Assembly (NCBI GenBank): GCA_051294375.1
Contig: CM119270.1
Location: forward strand, 477,362-523,976
Reading direction: 5' to 3'
Length of the DNA: 46,615 nucleotides
Source: Paraspadella gotoi
Taxonomy: Eukaryota > Animalia > Chaetognatha
Position numbers and translations under genes: made by a program. The notes beneath the pieces were generated by a model. That model worked only from the letters and a program-made list of their open reading frames with translations. It ran no database searches and was not told where the DNA came from. Of the stretch, positions 12,033-24,286 are shown one piece after another; positions within the stretch are counted from its first letter, which is position 1; each line of letters opens with the position of its first letter.

Positions 12033-12947
12033 TTTGGGGAAAAAGTCTTGAGCCGGGGAAAGGAGAACCGGGGTGGAAGAATTTTGGGGGGACAGGAGAA
12101 CTGGGGAAGGAGAACGAGTTTTTCAAAGATTCTCCCAAAATCGAAAATGATTCATTTTCGTCGTCGTCTTCATTTTTTAGTTTTTCTCTTTTCTGTTTTT
12201 ATTTTTATCAACGATCGATAGACGATAATGAGAGGCGAGAGAGAGAGCGAGTCAGAGAGAGAGAGAAAGATTGAGAGAGACTGGGAGAGAGTCGACGAGA
12301 GTCCGAGCGTTCTATTTCTTCTTTAATTTTTTTTTTTTTCGCGGGGGATGTTTTTAGCTTCTTTTTTTTAAGAGAGAGAGAGAGAGAGAGTGAGAGAGGA
12401 GGGAGAGGTGAAAAAGTCTGGCTCGAGTATCTAGATTAGCTTCAAATGTTTTTTTTTTCTTTTATCTTCTTTTCGCCGAAAAATAAAAAACAGAAATGAT
12501 TTATGTTTTTTTTCTTTTTTGTTTTGTTTTCTTCTATTTAGTTGCGGCGCAAGAATTTTTTTTTTTAATAAAGCGTCGATTTTTTAGCGAGGAAAAAATG
12601 ATAGAGTGAGAGAGAGACGCGGTTTTTTTTATCTTTTAGCGCGACAGAGACAGAGACAGAGACAGAGTTACGCGATTGAATTCGGAAGAATACGAACTCG
12701 CGACGGTTTTTATAATCGCGAGAGAGGGAGTGCGAGAGACGACGGGAGAGATGAGAGAGAGAGAGGAGAGAGAGAGAGAGAGCAGTAAAGAAATAAATTC
12801 TTCCTTTTCATAAACGTAGTGAATCACTAACTCACACTATCTCACTCACGTCACCTTCCCCTTCTTCCTTCTATAATCTCCCATTTCTCTCTTTCCCCTC
12901 CTCCTCCTCCTCTCCTCCTTTTCCTCCTTCTTTCTCCCCTCCGGAAC

Positions 12948-13025
12948 ATGATGTATTTTATTGTAAATGATGTATTGTAATGATGTATTGTAATGATGTA
13001 TTTTTATTGTATTTTATTGTAATGA
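12948..13025. repeat. 13-bp ATGATGTATTGTA minisatellite (copy at 26038-26113)
   Basis: Direct reading of repeated atgatgtattgta / tttattgta units. Confidence 0.85.
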
Positions 13026-13040
13026 GGCTCCGGGGCCTTT

Positions 13041-13052
13041 TTTGGCGCCAAA
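13041..13052. promoter_or_regulatory. Perfect palindromic E2F site TTTGGCGCCAAA (second copy at 26127-26138)
   Basis: 12-bp palindrome matching E2F consensus TTTSSCGC on both strands, about 1.4 kb upstream of SoxC. Confidence 0.35.
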
Positions 13053-13079
13053 CGTGGCGAAGACATGAAGTGAGACGAG

Positions 13080-13110
<31 letters not shown>

Positions 13111-13332
13111 AGAGAAGAGGGAGAGAGAGAGAGAGAGGAGAGAGGAGAGCGGAGAGATTCGCGTTAAACTCCCGAGGGTAGATTAAGTCTCGCACGCCCT
13201 GTTAGACTCTGATTGAGTGGCGAACAGAGAATGCTCTTCGCTGATTGGTCGACGAAGACAGTCGAGGAGGATAGAGGAGGAGAAGAAAGGGGTTGAAGGA
13301 GAAAGATAGGGAGAGAGAGAGACGAGAGAGGT

Positions 13333-13380
<48 letters not shown>

Positions 13381-14079
13381 GAGAAGAGAGAGTAGTTTAT
13401 ATTTAAAGAAAATTTAAGAGGTGCGGAATGTCAAGGGAGAAGTTTAAGGAGACATGGCATGGCAATGGAAATCTGAAGGTGAAAAAAAAAGAAATTCACT
13501 GAAAAAGAAAAAAACTTAAATTTGAGTTTTTCGTTGTTGTTTTTATGCTGGAATAAATTAGAGAAACGCGCTCGACTCTAACGACAAAACAACAAAAAAT
13601 ATTGAGAAAAAAAAAATTCCTGATAGAAGAAGGCGAGGTCTTACCTTTCAACATGAATATGCATCTTTTGTCTCTCTCTCTCTCTNNNNNNNNNNNNNNN
13701 NNNNNNNNNNCTCTCTCTCTCTCTCTCTCTCTCTCCCTATTGTTTCCAAATTGACAATCTTATCTTTAAAAAGATGAATTTTCAAAAAAAAGGAAAACAC
13801 AATTTTCTCTTTTTTTTTAGTTTCAGCTAAAATTTATTTTCTGTCAGTTTTATTTTTATTTTTCTTTCTTTCTTTTTTTTGTTTTATATCTTTACGTCGT
13901 TCTCTTTTTTAGCTGTCTTTCTTTCTATCTTACTTTATCTCTTTCTTTTCTTTTCTTTTCTTTTCTTTTCTTTTCNNNNNNNNNNTTTTCTTTTCTTTTC
14001 TTTTCTTTACTTTACTTTTCTTCCATAAAATTTCATTTCATCTCAAAAGTTTTCAATAGTGACGATATTTAAGCTTTCC

Positions 14080-14121
<42 letters not shown>

Positions 14122-14509
14122 TTCTCCGTCCTCCCGTTCTACGATTTCTGCCGGCAGCTGCCGACAATTTTTTTTTCTCTCTCAAGACCCAGCTCTGCCG
14201 CGTCTCGTTCGTCGCTGCTCCTGCCGCATTTTCGAGAGCTGCAGCCACAACTGCTGATCTCCCTTTTTCGCCTTCGGGGGATGCATGGCCCATATCCATT
14301 CTAAGACTCCTCCTCCTCCTCCTCCGAGAGAGAGAGAGAGAGAGAGAGAGAAGAGAGAGGAGAGCAGAGAAGAGAGAATGAATCAACGTGAGAAGAAGGA
14401 ACAGCGGAATGGAACTCAGACGGCTGATGGAGACGTGATATGCTTTGACAGAGTAGACCGAGACAGAGAACGAGAGAAGAGAGAGAGAGAAGAGAGAGGA
14501 GAGAGAGAG

Positions 14510-14562
<53 letters not shown>

Positions 14563-14919
14563 AAGATGGCCAAACGTTCCCAGTCGTTAGACAACTTTTT
14601 AATATTTCTTGAGAGGAAATCCAAATAAAAGAAAAAAATTTGTTAATTTTTTTTTTCATCGAATTCAAAAATCTTGAGTGAGTGAGTGACTGACCGACTG
14701 ACTTATTATCGTTCTAATTCGTCTTTACCATAACCTTTTTGTACTTATTTCTCTTTCAATTTTTATTTTTTTCCTTTTTTTTGCTTTCCGCCCATTTTTC
14801 CCATGGCCCTTTTTCCTTTTCCCTCTACTTCCATTAGACTTCTTTCCTTCTCTCTTTTTTTGGGGCCTTTTTTTTTTCCGTCCGTCCAAGTCCGTTTATT
14901 CATTTTCTGTCTTCCTTTT

Positions 14920-15300
14920 TCCATTTGGCATTTCATTTTCATTTTTCATTGGAATGTTTCCTTTTTTCATTTTCCATTTGGCATGTTCCCTTTTTCATTT
15001 TCCTTGGCATGTTCTCTCTTTTTCATTTCCAATTTTTGGCCATATTCCCTTTTTCATTTTCCATTTGGCATATTGCCCTTTTCATTTCCCCCATTTTGGC
15101 ATATTCCTTTTTTCATTTTCCATTTGGCATGTTCCCCTTTTCATTTCCCATTTGGCATGGTTTCTTTTCTTTTTCATTTTTCCTTTGGCATATTTTCCTT
15201 TTTTCTTCATTTTCCATTTGGCATGTTTCCTTTTTTTTTCATTTGGCATTTCTCTTTTTCATTTTCCCATTCGGCATGTTCCCGTTTTTTCAATTTTTTC
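14920..15300. repeat. Pyrimidine-rich ~24-26-bp minisatellite, consensus about TTTTTCATTTTCCATTTGGCATGTTCC
   Basis: More than a dozen degenerate units each containing TTGGCA; the copy at 19340-19680 is mostly an N-gap. Confidence 0.9.
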
Positions 15301-15596
15301 CCACTTTTTGCCTTTTTTAATTAATGGCCACTTTTGTTCTTTTTTGGCAGCTATTTTTGCACCTGGCATTCGCCTCTTGCCAGTTTTTTCCAAGCCCGGC
15401 CTTCTTTTCAACTTTTTAGCCAGGACTCCTTGAGAATTTTAGCAAGGCCTCTTGCGCAGATTTTTTGGCCAGGCCTCTTGCAGATTCCGGATCCGTCTAG
15501 ATCTCCCGGCCTTCCCCTGATTGAAGGGCAGCAGGTGTTTGAAGCAGATGCCGGACAGAATGAGAAAATCGTTGTTGCCCCAGAGTTCTTTCTTCT

Positions 15597-15628
<32 letters not shown>

Positions 15629-15764
15629 CTCTTTCTCTCGTCCTCGTCTCCTCTCTCCATCTTCACACTCTCTCTCTCCTCTCTCTCTCTGCTCTCTCTA
15701 ATGTCGTTGATACTGTTTTCAGTGCGCCAGTCGTTGAATCAAGTCGTCGCATTGAGCGGAAATG

Positions 15765-16205
15765 AAAAGAAGGAAAGACAGGGAGGAATGAAAGGGAGGA
15801 AGGAAAGGGAGGAAAGTAAAGGGAGGAAAGAAATGGAGAAAAGAAAGGGAGGAAGGAAAAGGGAGGAAGGAAGGGAGGAAAGGAAAGGGAGGAAAGAATG
15901 GAGAAAGAAGGAGGAAGAAAAGGAGGAAGGAGACAGGGAGGAAGGAAAGGGAGGAAAGAAATGGAGAAAAGAGGATTGGAATGTAAAAGGAGGAAGGAGA
16001 GGGAGGAAGGAAAGGGAGGAAAGAAATGGAGAAAAGAGAAAAGGAGGAGAAAAGGGAGGAAGGAGAGGACAGGAAGGAAGGAGGGAGGAGAAGGGAGGGA
16101 GAAAATGATGAAGAAGGGGGGAAAGGAGAGGGAGGAAAGAAAAGGAGGAAGAAAAAGGGGGAAGGAGAGGGCAAAGAAGAGGGAAAAAGTTGAAATAAGG
16201 AAGGA
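15765..16205. repeat. Polypurine (GGA/GAA) degenerate minisatellite
   Basis: Recurrent AGGGAGGAAGGAAAGGGAGGAAAGAAATGGAGAAAAG units. Confidence 0.85.
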
Positions 16206-16305
16206 ACAATCACCTTCTGAAGCAATATACAGCAATGCTGTAATGAACTGTATGAATCAGAACCAAACGTGATATTTGAATTGAAATTCGGGTAAAGGGA
16301 AGTTT

Positions 16306-16374
16306 GATAATAATATAATAATATGATAATAATAATATAATAATAGTAATAATAATAATAAATTAATAATAATA

Positions 16375-16438
<64 letters not shown>
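16306..16438. repeat. (AAT)n microsatellite
   Basis: Direct reading; the counterpart in the duplicate block is at 21103-21138. Confidence 0.95.
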
Positions 16439-16440
<2 letters not shown>

Positions 16441-16795
16441 AGCTGATATTTGCGCCCCGCCCAAGTTTTAAAATCCAACAAATGACCTTTCGTATTAAAG
16501 TCATGCGTGTTTCAACCATGAGGTGGGAGAACGCGACGGACAGATAGACCGACAGACACCCTACCGAAATCCAAGCGTTTCGGTATTCTGTTCCTCTTAT
16601 CTTTATTCTATTTATTGAATTTTTCATCACGAAATTATTAGTCACAAATCAATTGCCCGTTCCGATTGCGTAAATCATGGTCGTTCGTCATGCGTCGTCG
16701 TCGTCGTCCGTCGTCGTCGACTTCGCTGAATCATGGTGATGCAAATAATTGCAATTGCGTGGGATTTTTCTCAGATCTACTCCGAACTCTTCTCT

Positions 16796-16841
<46 letters not shown>

Positions 16842-17692
16842 ATCTCTCTCTCTCTGACATTCAAATTGGAAATGGTGCATGTGACTTGTTGCACGCGCTT
16901 TCGTAAATCGTTTAAAATTCGAGTTTCCAAAAGAGTTTTTTTTTTTAAATTCTACATAAAAAATTCAAAATTGAGATGAAATTTTGATTGAAATTTTTTT
17001 GACGAAAAAAAACAAGTTAAGTTTGAATTTTAATGAAGCTTTAAAACGAAACGAAATATATTTTTATATTTATATTTATATTTTAAATTTTTATCAAATG
17101 ACAATTTTTAAATAAGAATGACAATTCATCCACAATATTCATTACAATTTAAGAGGAACAGCTTTTTTTTAATAACTTGAACCTACTTATAATATATATA
17201 GTAATATACTATGTAACTTTATAGCGCCAGAAAACATGCAAACATTACAACTGCTACTGTACTTATTTAAAAAGTTTTTTGTTCAACTGCAATTTGTTAT
17301 TTTATAATAAAGGTATTTGTTATTAAATGAATTAGTCGCAGAAATAAAGATATTTAATGGTGTCGAAAATGAGAAATTCATTAAAAAAAGAAAAATCAAA
17401 CTTGTTTTATTTTAAAAGGTGTAAAAATATCCTTACATATTTTTCTACGTCGAAAGCCAGTTTAAAAAAAAAAATAATTTAGCCTCAATAATATTTTACT
17501 GCGATAAAATAAGGATCTAATAATAATCAGAAAATATTCATAGACATTCTGTAGACGATGTCGAGTTAATGGAAAGAAAAGAAAAGGAAAGAAAGAAAAA
17601 GAAAAGAAAGAAAGAAAAAAACAGGGTTCTTGGCCTGCAAAAAAAACAAGAAAGGTTTGGTGAGAAAACAGATTATGGATAAAATGAAAAAT

Positions 17693-17728
<36 letters not shown>

Positions 17729-17745
17729 CGAGAAGAGAGAGAGAC

Positions 17746-17780
<35 letters not shown>

Positions 17781-18419
17781 AAGAAGTGTGTACTAGAGCG
17801 ATATGGGAGAAATGAATAAAAATGAAGCAGAAATGAGGCACAGGCGAAGTTTAATGATTTTGGAGCAAAATAACATTCGAAAATATTCATGCCCCTAAAA
17901 AAAAATCAGAAAAGAAAAAACATCCAAAACAAAGACATTGTGTTTTAAGTAATAACAACAACCTCCACTGTTTTGTAAAAACAAGATAAAAGAGAAGATT
18001 TATTAGTATGGTAGTTTAGTTTATTTTTTCCGTTTTTTTTTTTATTTTTTTTTTAACTTTTTTATAACATATGATTGCAAATCTAGAGAATTGAAACCAA
18101 AAAGAAAAGAAAAAAAATGCCCCCCAATTCTTGAAAAAAGTCTGTCCTTTTTAATTTTTTTTTGTTCGTCTTTTGGGCCATTTCTTTGGCTGTTACCTTT
18201 TCGTCCTTATTGGGAACTTCTATTGGTCTTTGGCATTTTTTTTTGGGCCTGCGTCTCGTAGGCTGCAAGAACTGCCGATGGCTCCAACCTTGCCGGAATT
18301 TTCCGAGACTCACAAAAAAAGCGCAAGAGAGAATTAAGAGGAGAAAAAAACTAGTCTTCATCAAGATTCTGTCGGTGGAATTAATCCTTAATTTGTTCCG
18401 CCGGCGAAAGATTTATGTC

Positions 18420-18476
18420 TGACAGAATTCATTGTACTTGACGGCATTTATTGTACTTGACAGAATTCATTGTACT
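18420..18476. repeat. Three 19-bp tandem units TGACAGAATTCATTGTACT (copy at 23145-23201)
   Basis: TGACAG/TGACGG at 18420, 18439 and 18458; CATTGT/TATTGT at 18430, 18449 and 18468. Confidence 0.9.
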
Positions 18477-18591
18477 GATTACTTTCCTTATGCAATTTAT
18501 GCAACGAAAGAGGAGGGAAAATAATCAAGCTTCGGTTTCCTTATTTCGCTTTTCTCTCTCTCTCTCCCCGTTTTTTTGGCGCAGGTTTTGC

Positions 18592-18735
18592 TTGCGTGCG
18601 TGCGTGCGTTCGTTCGTTCGTATGTTCCGTTGGTTTCGTTCGTTCGTTCGTTCGTTCGTTCGTATGTTCGGTTAATTCGTTGGTTCTGCGTTGGTTCGTG
18701 TGGTTTCGTTGGTTCGTTGGTTCGTTGGTTCGTCG
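18592..18735. repeat. (TGCG)n/(TTCG)n microsatellite (copy at ~23313-23540)
   Basis: Direct reading. Confidence 0.9.
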
Positions 18736-18835
18736 TCCTTTATCGTCGTATAGTCCGTCCCATACCATCAATTTCTAATTCGCTATTTACATCTCAAAAA
18801 CTGTGAATTCTTTCAGCGTTTTGTCACGATGGAGA

Positions 18836-18892
<57 letters not shown>

Positions 18893-18921
18893 ATGAATGG
18901 AGAGAGAGAGGAGAGAAGAGA

Positions 18922-18979
<58 letters not shown>

Positions 18980-19948
18980 GAGAGAGAAGGATTAAAAGGA
19001 AGAGAATAGGAGTAGAAGAAAGAAGAAGAAAGGAGGGANNNNNNNNNNNNNNNNNNNNNNNNNAATCCAAATAAAAAAGAAAAAAAAAATTTGTTTAATT
19101 TTTTTTTCATCGAATTCAAATCTTGAGTGAGTGAGTGACTGACCGACTGACTTATTATCGTTCTATTCGTCTTTTACATAACCTTTTTGTCCTTATTTCT
19201 CTTTTCAATTTTTACTTTTTTCCTTTTTTTGCTTTCCCTTTTTCCCCATGGCCCTTTTTCCTTTTCCCTCTTTCATTAGACTTTTCTGTTCTCTTTTGCC
19301 TTTTTTTCCTCCAAAGTCCCTTTATCATTTTCTGTCTTCTCTTTTCCATTTGGCATGTTCCATTTNNNNNNNNNNNNNNNNNNNNNNNNNNNNNNNNNNN
19401 NNNNNNNNNNNNNNNNNNNNNNNNNNNNNNNNNNNNNNNNNNNNNNNNNNNNNNNNNNNNNNNNNNNNNNNNNNNNNNNNNNNNNNNNNNNNNNNNNNNN
19501 NNNNNNNNNNNNNNNNNNNNNNNNNNNNNNNNNNNNNNNNNNNNNNNNNNNNNNNNNNNNNNNNNNNNNNNNNNNNNNNNNNNNNNNNNNNNNNNNNNNN
19601 NNNNNNNNNNNNNNNNNNNNNNNNNNNNNNNNNNNNNNNNNNNNNNNNNNNNNNNTTTTCATTTTTTCCCCTTTTGCTCTTTTTTTAATTATGCCACTTT
19701 GTTCTTTTTTGCCACTATTTTTGCCCTGGCATTCCGCCTCTTGCCAGTTTTTTCAGCCCGGCTTCTTTTCAACTTTTTAGCCAGGACTCTTGAGAGATTT
19801 TTAGCAAGGCCTCTTGCCAGATTTTTGGCCAGGCCTCTTGCCAGATTCCGGATCCGTCTAGATCTCCCGCCTTCCTGATTGAAGGGCAGCAGGTGTTTTG
19901 AAGCAGATGCCGGACAGAATGAGAAAATCGTTGTTGCCCCAGATTCTT

Positions 19949-20042
<94 letters not shown>

Positions 20043-21102
20043 ATGTCGTTGATCTGTTTTCGTCGCCAGTCGTTGAATCAAGTCGTCGCATTGAGAGGAA
20101 AATGGAAAAGAAGGAAAGACAGGGAGGANNNNNNNNNNNNNNNNNNNNNNNNNNNNNNNNNNNNNNNNNNNNNNNNNNNNNNNNNNNNNNNNNNNNNNNN
20201 NNNNNNNNNNNNNNNNNNNNNNNNNNNNNNNNNNNNNNNNNNNNNNNNNNNNNNNNNNNNNNNNNNNNNNNNNNNNNNNNNNNNNNNNNNNNNNNNNNNN
20301 NNNNNNNNNNNNNNNNNNNNNNNNNNNNNNNNNNNNNNNNNNNNNNNNNNNNNNNNNNNNNNNNNNNNNNNNNNNNNNNNNNNNNNNNNNNNNNNNNNNN
20401 NNNNNNNNNNNNNNNNNNNNNNNNNNNNNNNNNNNNNNNNNNNNNNNNNNNNNNNNNNNNNNNNNNNNNNNNNNNNNNNNNNNNNNNNNNNNNNNNNNNN
20501 NNNNNNNNNNNNNNNNNNNNNNNNNNNNNNNNNNNNNNNNNNNNNNNNNNNNNNNNNNNNNNNNNNNNNNNNNNNNNNNNNNNNNNNNNNNNNNNNNNNN
20601 NNNNNNNNNNNNNNNNNNNNNNNNNNNNNNNNNNNNNNNNNNNNNNNNNNNNNNNNNNNNNNNNNNNNNNNNNNNNNNNNNNNNNNNNNNNNNNNNNNNN
20701 NNNNNNNNNNNNNNNNNNNNNNNNNNNNNNNNNNNNNNNNNNNNNNNNNNNNNNNNNNNNNNNNNNNNNNNNNNNNNNNNNNNNNNNNNNNNNNNNNNNN
20801 NNNNNNNNNNNNNNNNNNNNNNNNNNNNNNNNNNNNNNNNNNNNNNNNNNNNNNNNNNNNNNNNNNNNNNNNNNNNNNNNNNNNNNNNNNNNNNNNNNNN
20901 NNNNNNNNNNNNNNNNNNNNNNNNNNNNNNNNNNNNNNNNNNNNNNNNNNNNNNNNNNNNNNNNNNNNNNNNNNNNNNNNNNNNNNNNNNNNNNNNNNNN
21001 NNNNNNNNNNNNNNNNNNNNNNNNNNNNNNNNNNNNNNNNNNNNNNNNNNNNNNNNNNNNNNNNNNNNNNNNNNNNNNNNNNNNNNNNNNNNNNNNNNNN
21101 NN

Positions 21103-21139
<37 letters not shown>

Positions 21140-21352
21140 AGCCAAGGATAAATCACAATGACTTCGTATTAAAAAAGTCATGCGTGTTCAAACATGAGTG
21201 GGACGAACCGACGGACAGATAGACCGACAGACCTACCTACCGAAATCCAAGAGTTTCGTATTCTGTTCCTCTTATCTTTATTCTATTATTGATTTTTCAT
21301 CACGAAATTATTAGTCACAAAATCATTGCCTTCGATTGCGTAATCATGGTCA

Positions 21353-21395
<43 letters not shown>

Positions 21396-22517
21396 CTTCG
21401 CTGAATCATGTGATGCAAATAATTGCAATTGCGTGGGATTTTTCTCAGATCTACTCCCGAAACTCTCTCTCTCNNNNNNNNNNNNNNNNNNNNNNNNNNN
21501 NNNNNNNNNNNNNNNNNNNNNNNNNNNNNNNNNNNNNNNNNNNNNNNNNNNNNNNNNNNNNNNNNNNNNNNNNNNNNNNNNNNNNNNNNNNNNNNNNNNN
21601 NNNNNNNNNNNNNNNNNNNNNNNNNNNNNNNNNNNNNNNNNNNNNNNNNNNNNNNNNNNNNNNNNNNNNNNNNNNNNNNNNNNNNNNNNNNNNNNNNNNN
21701 NNNNNNNNNNNNNNNNNNNNNNNNNNNNNNNNNNAAAAAAACAAGTTAAGTTTTGAATTTTTAATGAAGCTTAAAACGAAACGAAATATATTTTTATATT
21801 TATATTTATATTTTTAATTATTTATCAATGACAATTTTTAAATAAGAATGACAATTCATCCACAATAATTCATATACAATTTAAGAGGAACAGCTTTTTT
21901 TTATAACTTGAACTACTTATAATATATATAGTATATACTATGTAACTTTATAGCGCCAGAAACATGCAACATTACAACTGCTACTGTACTTATTTAAAAG
22001 TTTATTTTGTTCACTGCAATTTGTTATTTTATAATAAGGTATTTGTTATTAAAATGAATTAGTCGCAGAATAAAGAGATTTAATTCGAAAATGAGAAATC
22101 ATTAAAAAAGAAAAATCAAACTTGTTTTATTTTAAAAGGTGTAAATTATTCCTTAATATTTTCTACGTCGAAAGCCAGTTTTAAAAAAAAATAATTTAGC
22201 CTCAAATAATATTTACTGCGATAAAATAAGGAATCTAATAATAATCAGAAAAATATTCATAGACATTCGTAGACGATGTCGAGTTATGGAAAGAAAAGAA
22301 AAGAAAGAAGAAAAAAGAAAAGAAAGAAAGAAAAAAAAAGNNNNNNNNNNNNNNNNNNNNNNNNNNNNNNNNNNNNNNNNNNNNNNNNNNNNNNNNNNNN
22401 NNNNNNNNNNNNNNNNNNNNNNNNNNNNNNNNNNNNNNNNNNNNNNNNNNNNNNNNNNNNNNNNNNNNNNNNNNNNNNNNNNNNNNNNNNNNNNNNNNNN
22501 NNNNNNNNNNNNNNNNN

Positions 22518-22552
<35 letters not shown>

Positions 22553-23721
22553 TGTGTACTAGAGCGATATGGGAGAAATGAATAAAAATGAACAGAAAAT
22601 GAGGCAACAAGGCGAAGTTAATGATTTTGGAGCAAAATAACATCGAAAATATTCATGCACCTAAAAAAAAATCAGAAGAAAACAATCCAAAACAAAGACA
22701 TTGTGTTTTAAGTAATAACAAAACAAAACCTCCACTGTTTTGTAAACAAAGATAACGAGAGATTTATTAGTATGTATGTTTTAGTTTATTTTCGTTTTTT
22801 TTTTATTTTTTTTTTACTTTTTTATACATATGATTGCAAATCAATGACAGAAAATGCCATCTTGAAAAAAGTCTGTCCTTTTTAATTTTTTTTCGTCTTT
22901 TGGCCATTTTCTTTGGCCTGTTTACTTTTCTCCTTATTGAACTTTCTATTGGTCTTTTGGCATTTTTTTTGGCCTGCCGTCCTCGTAGGCCAAAACTGCC
23001 GATGGCTCAACCTTGCCGGAATTTTCCGAGAAATCACAAAAAAAAGCGAGAGAGAATTAAGAGGAGAAAAAAAACTAGTCTTCATCAAAGATTCTGTCGG
23101 TGGAATTAATCCTTAATTTGTTCCGCCGGCGAAGATATTATGTCTGACAGAATTCATTGTACTTGACGGCATTTATTGTACTTGACAGAATTCATTGTAC
23201 TGATTACTTTCCTTATGCATTTATGCAACGAAAGAGGAGGGAAAAATCAATCAAAGCTTCGGTTCCTTATTTCGCTTTTCTCTCTCTCTCTCGTTTTTGG
23301 CGCAGGTTTGCTTGCGTGCGTGCGTGCGTTCGTTCGTTCGTATGTTCGTTGGTTCGTTCGTTCGTTCGTTCGTTCGTTCGTATGTTCGTTNNNNNNNNNN
23401 NNNNNNNNNNNNNNNCGTTGGCTTCGTTCGTATCGTGCTTCGTTCGTTCGTTCTTCGTAGTGTTCGTATAATTGACGTTGGGTTCGTGGTTCGTTGGTGT
23501 TCGTATGGTTTCGTTGGTTCGTTTGGCTTCGTTGGGTTCGTCCGTCTTCGCCGTTCCGTCCGTCCATCCATCGCATATTCCTATCGCTAATTATACCATC
23601 TCAAAAACTGTGAATGTCCTTTTCCAAGGCGTTCTTGTCACGATGGAGAGAAGAGAGAGAGAGAGGAGAGAGAGAAGAGAGAGCAGAAGAGGAGAGAAAG
23701 AGAGAGAGACGATGAGACGAG

Positions 23722-23776
<55 letters not shown>

Positions 23777-24286
23777 AGAGAGAGAAGAAGAGGAGAGAGA
23801 AAGAGAGAGGATGAGAGAAGAGAGAGAGCAGAGAGAGGAGAGAAGAGAGAGAGAGAGAGCGAGAGGATGGCCAGTTATATGCGGCGAGACGTCGTTCGGC
23901 GTTTCGCGTCTCGTCGGCCGGCCGTCTCGCTCTCTCGATCTCCCGCGAAATGTCACGTGATTGGCATAAGTCATCCTGCGGCGCTGACAGATCACTCACA
24001 GTGACAATTGATATCGATCACGTGATTCATCCGTGGGTCACACTGACAAATCCGTGTGTCACGGACCGGATGCCCACGGCTCTATACCGTTAAAACTATA
24101 CCTCCAGCACAGCCACCGAATGAACCGACGCCTACAAATGTGAAAGGAAGAGAGTATAGACAGCAGAGATAGGAGAGAGTGAGAGACGAGACCAGAGAGA
24201 AGGAGAGAGAAGAGACGAGAGAAGATGGAGAGGGAGAGAGACAGATGCTAGGTGAAGAGAGAGAGAGAGAGATCAACTGAGACCCA

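Larger units (their letters stand above)
14618..23860. other. About 4.4-kb tandem near-duplicate (14618-19038 vs 19064-~23860) around a 25-N gap; probable assembly artefact
   Basis: Both copies start AATCCAAATAAAA and are colinear throughout; repeat tracts of the first copy are N-gaps in the second; differences are mostly homopolymer indels. Confidence 0.9.

Noticed and set aside
14803-16645. Long Phe/Ser/Pro- or Arg/Glu/Lys-rich ORFs
   Set aside because: Translations of pyrimidine/purine minisatellites that lack stop codons.
19858-21817. ORFs of 100-430 aa
   Set aside because: Almost entirely N-gap read-through; the same applies to ORFs at 6624-7433, 30350-31014 and 44205-46120.
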